Assembly: GCA_965219095.1 (NCBI GenBank)
Contig: CBDCMT010000001.1
Span: 960,001-1,024,000 of the forward strand
Source of the DNA: Bdellovibrionales bacterium
GTDB taxonomy: Bacteria > Bdellovibrionota > Bdellovibrionia > Bdellovibrionales > UBA1609
Direction of reading: 5' to 3'
Length of the DNA stretch: 64,000 bases
Shown: positions 9,280 through 20,807 of the stretch, in pieces
Position numbering within the stretch: the stretch's first letter is position 1
Layout of the letters: each line of letters starts with the position of its first letter
The notes under the pieces: model-generated
What the model was told of the DNA's origin: nothing
Databases searched by the model: none
The model's input: only the letters and a program-made list of their open reading frames with translations
Position numbers and translations under genes: made by a program

Positions 9280-11204
9280 CCTGAAATCTGTTAATTTTGG
9301 TACTAGGTTTCAGGACTAAGAGCCTGTTTTTTTTCAACAGAATACTCCTGATAAATCATAAGAACGAGTTAATTTAGTCTCATTGAGTTTTTCTGGAGAA
9401 CTTATAACACACTATTTTTATAGGTCTTTTTAAAGCTATGTTTTTCATAGGCTCTGTTTTTGGATTGAAATTTGATTCTGTCGTTAAGAGTTTTGAGCCA
9501 TCAACAGGGAGTTGACAAAGCCCCTAAAACATAGTTCAATTTGAACTATGTCTTATAGGTATGAAGAGAAAAGAAATGGAAGCATCTATGTGTATGAGAT
9601 AAGCAGTTACTGGGACAAAGAAAAAAAACAATCTCGTCAGAGAAGAGTTTATTTGGGCAAGAAGAATCAATCTACGGGGAAGCTTGAAGCCAAGTTGAAC
9701 AAACATCCTATAGGTTCTGTAGGTGTTGGGGGGGTGCATCTTTTGCGAGAGATCAGCAAGCAATTAAATTTAGTGAAGGTGTTAAAGAAAGTTTTTCCGA
9801 AAGAATATGAGAAGGTTCTTTATTTGTCTTTTTTTAAAGTGATTAGGGGGGAAGCTTATTATCTTTATCCGTATTGGTGTCAAGAATCCTTTGTTTCTTC
9901 CAAGAATTGTCTTAATTCACCGGACATAAGTAATTTTCTTTTATCTATAGGTTTAGACGAGCAGAGAGTGGAGAGATTTTTTATGGAGTGGATTGGTGTA
10001 CACAGAGAAAGCTCCAGAGTTTTTATGTTTGATATTACATCTATATCTTCTTATGGTGTTGAGAATGAGTTTTTAGAAAGGGGTTATAATCGAGATGGTG
10101 AGTCTTTGGATCAAGTCAATTTAGGAGTTTTAAGTCAGAGCAAGGAAGGTTTAGGCAAAGGAAGTTCAAGCCTTCCTTTGGGTTATCGATTGTATCCGGG
10201 CAGTATTACTGATGTTGTGTCATTAAGGAGCGTGTTACAGTTAGCCAAGGAATACGATTTAGATTTGAAGTGTTTTGTTTTAGATAAAGGGTTTTACAGC
10301 CAAGAAAACATAAAAGATTTAAACAGGGAGGCTTCATCGTATATCGTCCCTATGAGCTTTAGTACGAGTCTATCCCATGCTTTATTGGGATCTGTGAGTA
10401 AGGAGCTTGATTCAATTCCCTCTTCGTTTGTATTCCGTGGTCAAGTTTATTCTTACTGCAAACGAGAAATTAAAATTGGAAAGACTCGTTGTATGGCTCA
10501 TATATATTTGGATGAAAAGAGAAGGGTGTCTAAAAAAAATGAAATGCTATTGAAGTTGGATTGTTTTGAGCGAAGATTTTCTAAGAAGAAATTTAGGACA
10601 AAGAAAGAGTGCGATGAGTGCATAGCAGAAACCTTAAAGAGTGCCAAGAAGCGCTTTACAGTTGTCAAGAAAAAGGGAGGTTTTTTTATTTCGAAAGATT
10701 TGGATTATATTAAAAAGCAGATGCGAAAAATGGGTGTGTTGATTTTACTTACCGATTGCGATCAAAAGCTTTCAAAAGATGAGATCTTAGAGTTGTATAG
10801 AAACAAAGATAGCATTGAAAAGATTTTTTTGTCTTTCAAGCATGATATAAATGAAAAGCGAACGAGGACTCATTCGCTACAAACCATGAGAGGAAGTTTA
10901 TTTATTAACTTTATAGCTTTAATTTTAATCTCTCACATAAACAATGTGATGAAAGAAAAGAATCTGTACAAGAAATTTTCAAAAACAGAGGTCTATAAAA
11001 TTTTAGATAAATTAAAGTTCTATAAATTGGCCACAGGACAAACAAGATTAGGAGAGTTGTCCGGTAAGCAAAAGAGCCTTTATAAAGCTTTTAATGTGAC
11101 TCGGGAAATCCCACACAGCTTTAAGTTGTAAAATCCCCTCCAACTAATGTGACGCATTACGAGGGCCGAATAAAAACCTAGTACCAAAATTAACAGATTT
11201 CAGG
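9280..11204 (+). mobile_element. IS1634-family IS, intact
   Basis: Perfect 31-bp TIR cctgaaatctgttaattttggtactaggttt; 6-bp TSD atactt. Confidence 0.95.
9548..11131 (+). CDS. IS1634 transposase
   Basis: FDITSISSY, GYNRD, QVNLG, PGSITD, LDKGFYS, Y..KD.IEK.F motifs. Confidence 0.92.
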   Translation: MSYRYEEKRNGSIYVYEISSYWDKEKKQSRQRRVYLGKKNQSTGKLEAKLNKHPIGSVGVGGVHLLREISKQLNLVKVLKKVFPKEYEKVLYLSFFKVIRGEAYYLYPYWCQESFVSSKNCLNSPDISNFLLSIGLDEQRVERFFMEWIGVHRESSRVFMFDITSISSYGVENEFLERGYNRDGESLDQVNLGVLSQSKEGLGKGSSSLPLGYRLYPGSITDVVSLRSVLQLAKEYDLDLKCFVLDKGFYSQENIKDLNREASSYIVPMSFSTSLSHALLGSVSKELDSIPSSFVFRGQVYSYCKREIKIGKTRCMAHIYLDEKRRVSKKNEMLLKLDCFERRFSKKKFRTKKECDECIAETLKSAKKRFTVVKKKGGFFISKDLDYIKKQMRKMGVLILLTDCDQKLSKDEILELYRNKDSIEKIFLSFKHDINEKRTRTHSLQTMRGSLFINFIALILISHINNVMKEKNLYKKFSKTEVYKILDKLKFYKLATGQTRLGELSGKQKSLYKAFNVTREIPHSFKL

Positions 11205-11345
11205 ATACTTCCCCATTCAGCAAAAAAGCCCTTTATTTTTCCTATACTCTAATATAAGTACCAACTTGTTTGAAATTAAAAAACTCTTGTTTTTTTTGAT
11301 AAGACCGACTAATATAAAATGAGACTTTATATTAGTCGAAAAACT

Positions 11346-12566
11346 ATGTATATTCAGCGCACCATCACTCAATCTCTATTAAAGGCCAGCCGCTCATTTC
11401 CTGTTATTCTGCTTACTGGCCCTCGGCAGGTGGGAAAAACAACACTGTTGCAAAATCTGCAAAAAGGCAAACGCTCTTATATTTCTCTTGATGATCTGGA
11501 TAGACGCATTGCCGCTGAACAAAACCCGGCGGAATTTATTGATCGTCTCGAATTACCTGTGCTTATTGATGAAGTACAGTATGCCTCTAATCTGTTTCCT
11601 TATATTAAAATGGCTGTTGATAAGCTTAAAAAGCCGGGACTTTTTTGGCTCACAGGTTCTCAACAATTTGCCATGATGAAAAATGTTTCCGAATCTCTTG
11701 CCGGTCGGGTTGCTGTTTTTAAATTACAGGGGATTTCTCTTGCGGAAGAAGAAGGGCGTCCTTACACTCCTCCTTTTCTTCCTACAGTTAAGGCACTTAA
11801 AAAAAGACAACAGATAGGGAAACCTGTTTCTTCTCAAAAACTTTTCAGAAAAATATGGCGAGGCTCTTACCCTCAAATGGTGGTAAATAAAAAAACCACA
11901 TGGCAGTTGTTTTATGAATCCTATATTGCTTCTTATATTGAACGGGATGTGAGAGATTATTTAAAAATTGACAATTTAGCAGCTTTTAGAAAATTTATTC
12001 GTGTTGCGGCAGCTCGCACAGGACAGGTGCTTAACTATCGGGAGATTTCAAAAGATACAGGAGTCAGTGAGCCAACAATTAAATCCTGGTTTCATGTTCT
12101 ACAGGCAACAGATCTGATCACTATAGTGCAACCTTATTTTAACAATAGGACTTCTCGTTTGCTTAAAACACCAAAATTTTATTTTATGGATACTGGTCTT
12201 GCTTGTTTTTTAACAGGCTGGCTCAGTGCGGATGTTCTTGAGCGAGGAGCCATGGCAGGGGCTTTTCTGGAAACTTATGTTATTTCTGAAATTATAAAAT
12301 CTTATATTCATAATGGTTATTCTCCACAAATATTTTACTGTGCCAGTAAAGACAAACAGGAAGTGGATTTACTTATAGAACAGTCAGGCTTTTTACATCC
12401 CATTGAAATAAAAAAATCCTCTTCTATTAGAAATATGAAATTCAAAGATTTTGATTTTTTTAAAAAACTAAAAACTTCCATAGGGCATGGCTGTCTTTTA
12501 TACACAGGCTCTTCTCTTTTGCCTTTTAAGCCAAATGTTGATGCTGTTCCTATAGGCTTTATCTGA
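11346..12566 (+). CDS. AAA_14 + DUF4143 ATP-binding protein
   Basis: TGPRQVGKTT, LIDEVQY, LTGS, ESLAGR, K.PKFYFMDTGL, EVDLLI...PIEIK. Confidence 0.9.
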   Translation: MYIQRTITQSLLKASRSFPVILLTGPRQVGKTTLLQNLQKGKRSYISLDDLDRRIAAEQNPAEFIDRLELPVLIDEVQYASNLFPYIKMAVDKLKKPGLFWLTGSQQFAMMKNVSESLAGRVAVFKLQGISLAEEEGRPYTPPFLPTVKALKKRQQIGKPVSSQKLFRKIWRGSYPQMVVNKKTTWQLFYESYIASYIERDVRDYLKIDNLAAFRKFIRVAAARTGQVLNYREISKDTGVSEPTIKSWFHVLQATDLITIVQPYFNNRTSRLLKTPKFYFMDTGLACFLTGWLSADVLERGAMAGAFLETYVISEIIKSYIHNGYSPQIFYCASKDKQEVDLLIEQSGFLHPIEIKKSSSIRNMKFKDFDFFKKLKTSIGHGCLLYTGSSLLPFKPNVDAVPIGFI

Positions 12567-12616
12567 GTTTCTTACTTTAGTTAAGCGGATAAAATTCATA
12601 TCATGAAAAAAACTCA

Positions 12617-13414
12617 AAAAAGTAGCAAAGACAGGTTGATATGAGTCGAAATGGTGGAGTAATTTTTAACGTAATTCATACTTCATTTGCTCCTTTTTTT
12701 CAAATTTCAATCAAGATCAAAAACTCATTTTAGGGTCATTAATGAAATGCCAGATTTACTTTACAACAAGTTATTAAAAAATGAAATGGAGTTCATGCCG
12801 CTTCCTCCTTTGGATAGTCCCGACTTCAGCGTTTTCCACTACTAAAACTTCATAAAAGTGTGCGAGCTATGTTTAGAACAGAGTTGGGGGGTATTTTTCC
12901 AGACAGTGCATTTGTAGTGTCAGAAATCTTTTTTTGAGGTCTTTTCAAGGCTGGAAATTTCTTTTAACATTTAAATATGTTTGTAAAAAAGATTCCAAGA
13001 AAGAATAGTTTTATTTCAGTTCAGATTGTAGAGAACAAGAGAGTGCAGAATAAAGTCATCCAAAAAACCATTCAACATTTGGGGCAATATACAGTTTTAA
13101 CCCCTAAAATCATATAAAAATCCTATAAGGCACCGTTTAAAATGTAGTGATCACGATTTTGCGTAACCACTTGAAATCATTAGATTCTTGAAAAGAAAAC
13201 GCTGAAGTCGGGAAAAAGTAGCAAAGACAGGTTGATATGAGTCGAAATGGTGGAGTAATTTTTAACGTAATTCATACTTCATTTGCTCCTTTTTTTCAAA
13301 TTTCAATCAAGATCAAAAACTCATTTTAGGGTCATTAATGAAATGCCAGATTTACTTTACAACAAGTTATTGAAAAATGAAATGGAGCTCATGCCGCTTC
13401 CTCCTTTGGATAGT
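12617..13414 (+). repeat. 202-bp direct repeat (12617-12818 / 13213-13414) flanking a mini-IS1634
   Basis: Both copies abut the TIRs exactly; 2 mismatches seen. Confidence 0.93.
12819..13212 (+). mobile_element. Internally deleted IS1634 (394 bp)
   Basis: Perfect 18-bp TIR cccgacttcagcgttttc; retains the tnp start MFVKKIPRKNSFISVQIVENKRVQNKVIQKTIQHLG. Confidence 0.88.
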
Positions 13415-13496
13415 GAAACAACAGATGAAAATACTCCTGAATTTAAAAAAGAAGTGTTTATCGCAAAAAAATACAGATCAGGAATATATAAAAAAT

Positions 13497-13544
13497 GCCT
13501 CCTCAAAAGAATCTGTGGGTTCCCGGAGGTTCTTTTGAGGAGCC
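13497..13544 (-). mobile_element. 48-bp ISL3 fold-back mini-element with TSD
   Basis: gcctcctcaaaagaa...ttcttttgaggagcc, flanked by the 8-bp duplication taaaaaat. Confidence 0.88.
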
Positions 13545-14457
13545 TAAAAAATATCCAAGCAATTGAACAAGAACAAGAAGATAACCTTAACGAAGCTCAT
13601 GAAAAAGTTTTAAGGTAGCTAAAAGACAGGATAAGAATTAAATTGGGAATGTCTCCCAGATCAACAAAAGATACACCCATAGAAGATCACTGTAAAAAGT
13701 CTGGATTGAATCCCAATTTTGATCTTCCTAAACCAGATAACAACTCAAAAGGTAATCTAAAATAGAAGGATAAAAAAATTCAAACTCTAATGTTACCCGA
13801 GCATCTCAATAAATTATGGATTCCATCTATAAAAAATATAATTCTTTTGAGGAGGCAATTTTAAAAACACATCTTATACAACGCTAAAAATCCTAGTGTA
13901 TACCTTTGGGTAAAAATTTAAGTAAGCCTGTCTCTAGAGAATTTTTTATGTCCATAGCTTTTTCTTTTTTTGTAATTTTTTTAAATTACAACAAACCTAA
14001 AAAATCAACTTGATATTTTTAATGTGTAACGTTCAAACTTTTTCATCAAGCCATATTAATTCTAGGAATGATTTCGAAAAAAGATTAGTTACACAGATTG
14101 AAGAGCATATGATTTTCTAGCTACTTACAAAGTGGAGGAATCCGATATCAAGATGAAATTATTGACTCTCTCATCTATGCAAAAAGGAAAATTGATCCAA
14201 GAAACGACAAATATTTAAAACACCTCTCAAGGTTTAATTTAACTAAACAAACTTTATAAAAATTCTAAATCAAGCAAAAAAGTGATAATTTTTGTCACTT
14301 TTTGAATTTTTTTCAATATCCTAGGGTTTATTTTTATAAGGATTAAGTTTGGTAGATTTTTTATGTTATGCTTTTGTAATTTTTTTCATTTTGTAAAAAT
14401 TTTCAATAATTGCAAGCTATATGTTTTCGTTAAGTTACTTTACTATGTTACTATTTG

Positions 14458-16176
14458 CCTAAATTCGAGATAAATTTTACTCACTAGGATTTTCCATTTT
14501 AGGTCACCTCAAAGAAACTCCATTTCTATAGGGGAAATACAGGAATTTTCAATCCAAAGAAAAATAAGCCTTGACTTTTCTTAGGTTTATAGTGAGTATT
14601 ATACTCACTAGGAGGTGTTCATGAGCTTTATTAGAAGATACAAAAAGGGTGGTGTCGTTTATCTTGCAGAAGTAGAAAATCGATGGGTTAAAGGTAAAGT
14701 TGTTCAGAAATACATCCGTCATATTGGAAAAGAAGTTAATAAAGAGGCTGTCATTTCTCTTTCATCAAAAGATATTCAAATGGATGGTTAAAAATCTATG
14801 GTCCCTTGCTTGCCTTTCACAGCATTGCAAAAAAAATAAATCTTCCAGAAATTTTAGGGGGAATACTCCAACGAAATACTAAGCATGACTTACGCTCACT
14901 GTATAAATTATAAAAGCTTACGGAATATGCCAAAATGGTATGAAAGAACTGATTTAAATTTGCTTCTAAACTTAGATTCTTTGACAGAAAGTCGATTGGT
15001 TTCTGCAATGGACAGTATTAACGATGAGCAAATAGAAGCTTATCAGAAAACCATCTTTAATAAGGTCAAGAGAACATATAAATTAGATACCAAAGGTCTA
15101 GTTTATGACACTACAAACACTTATTTTCATGGAAAGGCCTGCTCAATGGGAAAACAAGGAAGAAGTAAGGATGGTCAAAGACAAAATGATCTTATTCAAA
15201 TAGCTTTGGTGACAACACAAAATGAAGGAGTTCCTGTATTTCACAAAACATTTGATGGAAATATTCATGACGCAAGAACTCTTTCATGCGTTCTAGAGTA
15301 TTTACGAAAAAGTCAAATTCGTCCTCAACTGTTTGTTTATGATCGGGGTGTAGTTTCTAAAAAAAATCTGATGTCCTCTAGAGAAATAGGCTTAAATACC
15401 TTATGTGGCTTGCCCATTCGAGAGAAAGAAAAGGCTATTATAAGAAAGTTTTCAAATAAAAAATTCCTGGACAACATATCAAGCATAGTCCGAGTCAATA
15501 AGAGTAGTTTTTATGTGGGAGGAGTTGCTTATAAATTAGCTTCAATTAGTGGAAAATTGGTAATTTGTTATAATGCATCGAAAAAATTAGAGGAAACAGA
15601 ATCAAGAAGATTGGGCTTTCTTGAGGCTCAAGAATTAAGAAAAAAAGGGAAAAAGATAAATGAACGTTTTGAAAGATATTTAACAGCCACTGGCAGAATC
15701 AGGACAGAGCTTTTAAAAAGAGAGGAAGAGTTGGATGGATTTTTTTGTCTTTTCTGCACAAAGAAATCCATTTCAGAAAAGGAAATGGTAAGGATTTATT
15801 TTGACAAGGATGTTATAGAACAAGCTTTTAAAGTATTGAAAGGTATCTCGAATATACAACCTATCAGATTTTGGCTAAACAAAAAAGTTAAAGCCCATGT
15901 GTTCATATGTTATTTATCCTATCTTTTATTATCAATTTTAAAAATGAGATTAAATCATAAAAATGTTGGAATATCTCCACAAAAAGCCATTGAGGAGCTG
16001 GAAACAATGTATAATGTTTATTTTTCTGATAAAAAGAAAAAAGTAAGGTTGATGAAAACTGTTACTTTAAATAAGAAGCAAGAAAAAATACTGAATTCCA
16101 TAGATTTAGGAATTTTGAGAAATCGCACTTCCATACTTTCTTAAATCCTAGTGAGTAAAAATTGTCTCAAACTTAG
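14458..16176 (+). mobile_element. IS1634-family IS; transposase 14621..16144 frameshifted
   Basis: Imperfect ~34-bp TIRs (cctaaattcgagataaattttactcactaggattt); 6-bp TSD tatttg; frame break near 14790. Confidence 0.92.
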
Positions 16177-16343
16177 GTATTTGATGTTACCTTTTTAGAA
16201 AGGTTATTAGGGTAAAGGTTCTGTTCAATAAAAATCAGAGCTTAAAAATAAAAAAGCTTAAGAAGAGGTTTTCAGGATTTCAGGAAAAGGAGTTTTCTTG
16301 AAAAAAGTTAAGCACTCAAAGCCAAAGAGGAGATAGGGGCAAA

Positions 16344-17714
16344 ATGAAAAAACATTTATTTTTTTTATTTACTTTTACTTTCTCCTCTTTTTCAATTCAC
16401 ACTTATATTTCTGAAAAGTCTAGTTCTTTGTTTTTGGGCATTTTTTCTTCAAAAGCTTTAGCTGAGAGTAAGAATGACACTCAGTCCATCACTTATCAAG
16501 AGTTGTTAGAAGCTCTTAAAAAGAAGCGAACTCAAGTGATTGAGTTTGAAAGAATAAAAGCCGTTGCTAAACAACTAGGTATAAGGGTATGGCTTTTTGG
16601 TGGTACAGCAGCTAGTTTTGCTCACTATGTGAAATGGGATTTAGAGAGATTGAAAGGTGATCTTCAATACTAGAAAGAGCATTTTGATTACAGCTATGTG
16701 CAAATCTACCGTTCTACTCAAGATATGGATTTAGTTATAGACGGACCAGAAGAGAAAGCCCAGAGACTACAATCTATTTTAAGAGAAGATCTTCCTTATT
16801 TTTCTGGTAACAAAGAGCATTGGGAGGTGAGGCTTTTAAGAGAGCCAATAGGGGATAAAGCACCTTTACTTCGTAGTTTTGAATTTTTAAACCAACACAC
16901 TGATTCTCATTCTACAGGTATGATTGAGTTGACAGGAGGGTTCAAATCTTCTTCTGAGATCGATTCCCAACCGTCTATGGTTAAAGATTTAAGAGATTGG
17001 GGGTCTAAAGAATCTAAGTTTTTACAAGATGTCCTAGACGGAAGGCTTACCTACTATGATTCTAAAACCCATAAAGAAACTCAGAGGTACAAAGAGGGCA
17101 AAAACCCTGAGATATTTTCAGTGATAAGATATTTTACAAAACTTTTTCAATATCAGCTTGAGCCCAGAGAAAAGGACTTAAAAAGACTTAAAGAACTCAT
17201 CAATGATTTTTCAAATAAAAAGCTCGAGACAGATTATGCACAGTACTGGGTTGAAGAAAACGGTAAAAAGTTAATCCTCCATGCAATGGATGTAGAGTAT
17301 GCGTGGAATGTTTTAGAAAAAATTGGTTTAAGAAAAAAGCTTATGGGATTAGGATCCAAAGATGAAGAGAATTCTCTTTCATGGTGGATGAATAAGGAGC
17401 CTTTAAGGACAAAGCCTATTTCTGATAACAGATCTAAGAAAACAGCTCGAGAATTAGGAATAGAGATTGTTACTCATGAAACAAAAGATTTAAGAGCCTA
17501 TGAGGTGATTACAAAATCTAAAAAAGGTTTCTCCAATGTGTTTATTTCAAGAAGAAACGTCTCCAGTGAAGCGGCAGCTGGGGGAGAGGGGTTTTATACC
17601 ATAATTGGTAAAAAGGGAGGAGCAGGTACTGGTATATCCATCCGGTTTCGAATTCATCCCGAAGCTAAAGAAAGTGAGGATTTCATAAAAGAATCTGCTT
17701 ATGATATGGTTATA
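16344..17714 (+). pseudogene. Secreted nucleotidyltransferase/ART-like protein, paralogue of 52133..54505; internal TAG and truncated by IS630
   Basis: ORFs 16344..16673 and 16698..17717 are in one frame; VWLFGG, QDMDL, NPEIFSVIRY, HET, GEGFYT are shared with the paralogue. Confidence 0.85.
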
Positions 17715-18852
17715 TAGTGCTTCCGCTTAGGTTTTCCGTTTTTTTTTGAGTTGAGGTCTAGTTTTTATTCTAAGGCCTTGATAAAAAGTCATTTATTTTT
17801 AAAAATAGTTTCATATATCAGGGTTTCTATCAAAAAAAGAGCGAAAAGATTTACTCTATGAACTATCTCTAGAGAAAAATATTAAATACGTAAAAAGGAT
17901 TATGACAATTCTCCATTTAGATAAAGGTGAGTTGTGTAAAGATATTTCCCGTTTTCTTTTCATTGATGAGGGCACGATAAGAGCCTGTAGAGATCGTTAT
18001 AACAAAGGTGGGATAGAGTGCTTAATCAACGACAATTACAACCCTAAAAGGTCCTTTTTAACTAAGAAAGAGGAGAAAATGCTTTTAAAGGAGTTAGAAA
18101 AAAGAATTTTTCCGTCATCACAATCTGTTATCCAGTTCATTGAGGAGAATTTTGGTGTTACGTACTTTAACAAGTGGTGTAATTGATCTTCTCCATCGCC
18201 TTGGTTTTTCTTATAAAAAAGCCACAGCGATACCGGGTAAGGCAAAGAGAGAAGAGCAGAAAAAGTTTGTGCGTAAATACAAGAGAATTAAGAAGAAAGA
18301 CGGTCCTGTTTACTTTGCTGATTCCACACATCCTGAGTGGGGCCCTACGATTTCATATGGTTGGATAAGAGAGGGTAAGAAGTTTGAAGTGAAGACCAAT
18401 TCAGGCTGGAGAAAAAGAGTGAATGTTTGTGGAGCTATTGAGATCAATAGTTTGAAGACGGTAGTCAGGAGTTATAAGACAGTTAACCATGTTTCCATAT
18501 GTGATATGCTCCATCATATTCGCAAGAAGCATCCCGATGAAAAAGAGATTCATCTTATCTTAGATGGGGCCGGATACAATAGATCGAAGTCTGTCAAGAA
18601 GTTAGCGAAAGAGTTGAATATAAAGCTTATTTATCTTCCTCCGTACTCACCGAATTTAAATCCTATAGAAAGGCTTTGGAAGTTTATGAAAAAAGAGGTC
18701 ACGGCGAATCGATATTATGAAAACTATGACGATTTCAAGGGAAGTTTAAGTCAATTTTTTAGAGGAATACGAAAACACAGATCTAAATTAGAAACTTTGA
18801 TAACTGATAACTTCTCTATCTTAGGAAACTGAAAACCTAAACGGAAGCACTA
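17715..18852 (+). mobile_element. IS630-family IS with a degenerate 5' ORF
   Basis: TIR tagtgcttccg(c/t)ttaggttttc, TA duplication; DDE ORF 18140..18832 (FADSTHP, LDGAGY, LPPYSPNLNPIERLW). Confidence 0.92.
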
Positions 18853-18854
18853 TA

Positions 18855-19556
18855 TAGTGCTTAGGATCTAACTCCACCTTCTTACAACTTTCCACAATAG
18901 TGTAAAGCACTGCTGCTGTTTCAGCTCCTCTCTGAGTCCTTGACCCATGAAAGTTCTTTCTTCCCATCACAGAATGTCGAATCGTTCTTTCTGCTTCATT
19001 GTTGGTCATAGGAATTTTCTCATTTTCTAAAAATAAATTTAAGCCATCCCAATGGTTAAAGCTATAATCAATAGCCTTTTTTAACCCACTCTCAGGACGA
19101 GCTTTTCCATAAAGCTCATAATACAGATCCTGGAGTTTAAGAACTAAATCCTTTGATTCTGTTTGTCTTAAACTTTTGAGCTCTTCATAAGTTTTTGCCT
19201 TTGATTCAACTTTAAAAATCTCCCCCATAAGCTTTAATACTTTTCCACACTCCTCAGGGTAATTCTGTTCTATGTCAATAAACTTTTTTCTCGCATGAGA
19301 CCAAAAAAAAGCAAGATCAATTCCCTTTTCACCCTTAAAATGTGTTTTATAACTAGCGTAGCCATCTGTTAAAATAGGCCCCTTATAAGAGCCTAAGAGT
19401 TCTTTAACAGAACAAGCGGCTCTCACTAAAGTAATAAAAACTTCCTCCCTGATGACTTATAACAAACATGTAGCCGTCCTTTTGATGTGAATTATTAATA
19501 GGCCATGGAGTTTCATCAATATGAATCGTTCTGTCTAGTTTAAGAAGCTCCTCTTT
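18855..19556 (-). pseudogene. Internal fragment of IS66 tnpC (same element as 35804..38211)
   Basis: Near-identical to 37220-37925; DETP, TDGY, WSHARKKF, NNEAER; bounded by IS630 and IS3. Confidence 0.9.
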
Positions 19557-19585
19557 TGATCTTCCCCCAAAAAAGTGGACAGTTT

Positions 19586-20452
19586 TTATGTTCTTAAAGC
19601 CCTCCTTTGTTTAAATTCTTTTGGGCTCATGTATTTCAAGGAAGAATGCATTCTTACCTTGTTATACCAATCCATGTAAATTGCAATTTTTTTCTCCAAC
19701 TCTTCCTTTGTTGTACAGTCTTTGTATTCCAGTTCATCCTTCAACGTATGGAAAAAGCTCTCCACAAACGCATTATCATAACAATTTCCTTTCCTAGACA
19801 TAGATTGCTTGAGGCCAAAGAATTTCAATTCTTTTCTAAACCCTTCACAACAATATTGAACCCCTTGATCCGAGTGGATTATCAAGCCCTCTAAGTTCCC
19901 AGAAACAGATTGGACTGCGGCTCTCAGAGCCTGTTTTGAATGAACCCCGTCCAAGCTCTCACAGAGCTTCCAAGACTTAATCTCTCGATTATAGACATCT
20001 AAAAATACAACCAAATACAGAAATTTATCTCTAAAAGGAATATAGGTTAAATCCGAACACCATACCTGGTTTTCTTTTCCTGCTTGGCTCTGTCCTGTCT
20101 TAAACAACCGAGGAGACTTAATCATGAGAGGGTTATTCTTTGTTGTTCTAGGAACATAGGGTTTTTTCTGACGGGCACTGAGATTCTTTAGTTTCATAAT
20201 TCGAGCTACTTTGTTTTCTCCAGCACTCACTCCGCAACGCTTTAATTCCCTATACACCCTGGGGGAACCATAACAGCCTTTATTTTTTTTAAAAATAGAT
20301 TCTATGTTTTTCTCCAGATTTTTATCCTTTTCAAGCTTTCCCCTGGTTTTTAAAAAACTATAAAAACCAGAACGAGATCCTCTTAATAATTCGCAAATGC
20401 GAAGCACTGGATGCCCTTTCTCTTTTACATAAAACATAGCCTTAAATCTCAT
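19586..20452 (-). CDS. IS3 OrfB (integrase core DDE)
   Basis: YGSPR, WCSDLTYI, HSDQGVQY, SRKGNCYDNA..ESFF..LK.E. Confidence 0.92.
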   Translation of the reverse strand: MRFKAMFYVKEKGHPVLRICELLRGSRSGFYSFLKTRGKLEKDKNLEKNIESIFKKNKGCYGSPRVYRELKRCGVSAGENKVARIMKLKNLSARQKKPYVPRTTKNNPLMIKSPRLFKTGQSQAGKENQVWCSDLTYIPFRDKFLYLVVFLDVYNREIKSWKLCESLDGVHSKQALRAAVQSVSGNLEGLIIHSDQGVQYCCEGFRKELKFFGLKQSMSRKGNCYDNAFVESFFHTLKDELEYKDCTTKEELEKKIAIYMDWYNKVRMHSSLKYMSPKEFKQRRALRT

Positions 20453-20754
20453 TTCAGGATTTCCTTTGAAAAAAAAGCCGCTGCCTCTTTCAATATACCT
20501 ACACTCCGCCTCTCATAGACCAGCTCCTTTTTTAACCTCTTTATTTCCTCCAATGCCGAAGCCAAGTCATGGGAAGCTTGTCTTTCTACTTCAGGCTTTA
20601 GAAAACGCTTCCAAGAGCTTATCACTTGGAAATTTCTCAGTCCTAGCTTCTCTGAGGCTTCCTTTGCACCTATTTCCTCTGCCAATTCAATGGCTTGCTT
20701 TTTAAACTCTTCCGAGTACTGTTTTACTTTTTCCATTCTTTCTTTTACCTCCAT
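20449..20754 (-). CDS. IS3 OrfA (HTH + leucine zipper)
   Basis: YSEEFKKQAI...ILKEAAAFF; T-run at the orfA/orfB overlap is a candidate frameshift site. Confidence 0.88.
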   Translation of the reverse strand: MEVKERMEKVKQYSEEFKKQAIELAEEIGAKEASEKLGLRNFQVISSWKRFLKPEVERQASHDLASALEEIKRLKKELVYERRSVGILKEAAAFFSKEILK

Positions 20755-20807
20755 TTTATGGAGACTTTAAGAGAAAATTGACTGTCCGCAGAAACAGGGG
20801 AAGTTCA

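Larger units (their letters stand above)
12603..13840 (+). pseudogene. Decayed N-terminus of a DUF4011-type (SF1 helicase-associated) protein
   Basis: LL.FKFQSRSKTHFRVINEMPDLLY, PLPPL, LKDRIR..LG, GLNPNFDLP, DKKIQTL; internal stops and two mini-IS insertions. Confidence 0.55.
19557..20807 (-). mobile_element. IS3-family IS, apparently intact
   Basis: TG...CA ends tgatcttcccccaaaaaagtggacag / tgaacttcccctgtttctgcggacag; overlapping orfA/orfB; flanks unrelated (no TSD). Confidence 0.93.

Noticed and set aside
3019..16673. In-frame TGA (3019) and TAG (16671) as signs of stop-codon recoding
   Set aside because: The second ISL3 copy has GGA at that site, lepA and gspC end in TGA, the IetA-like gene ends in TAG, and housekeeping genes have no internal stops
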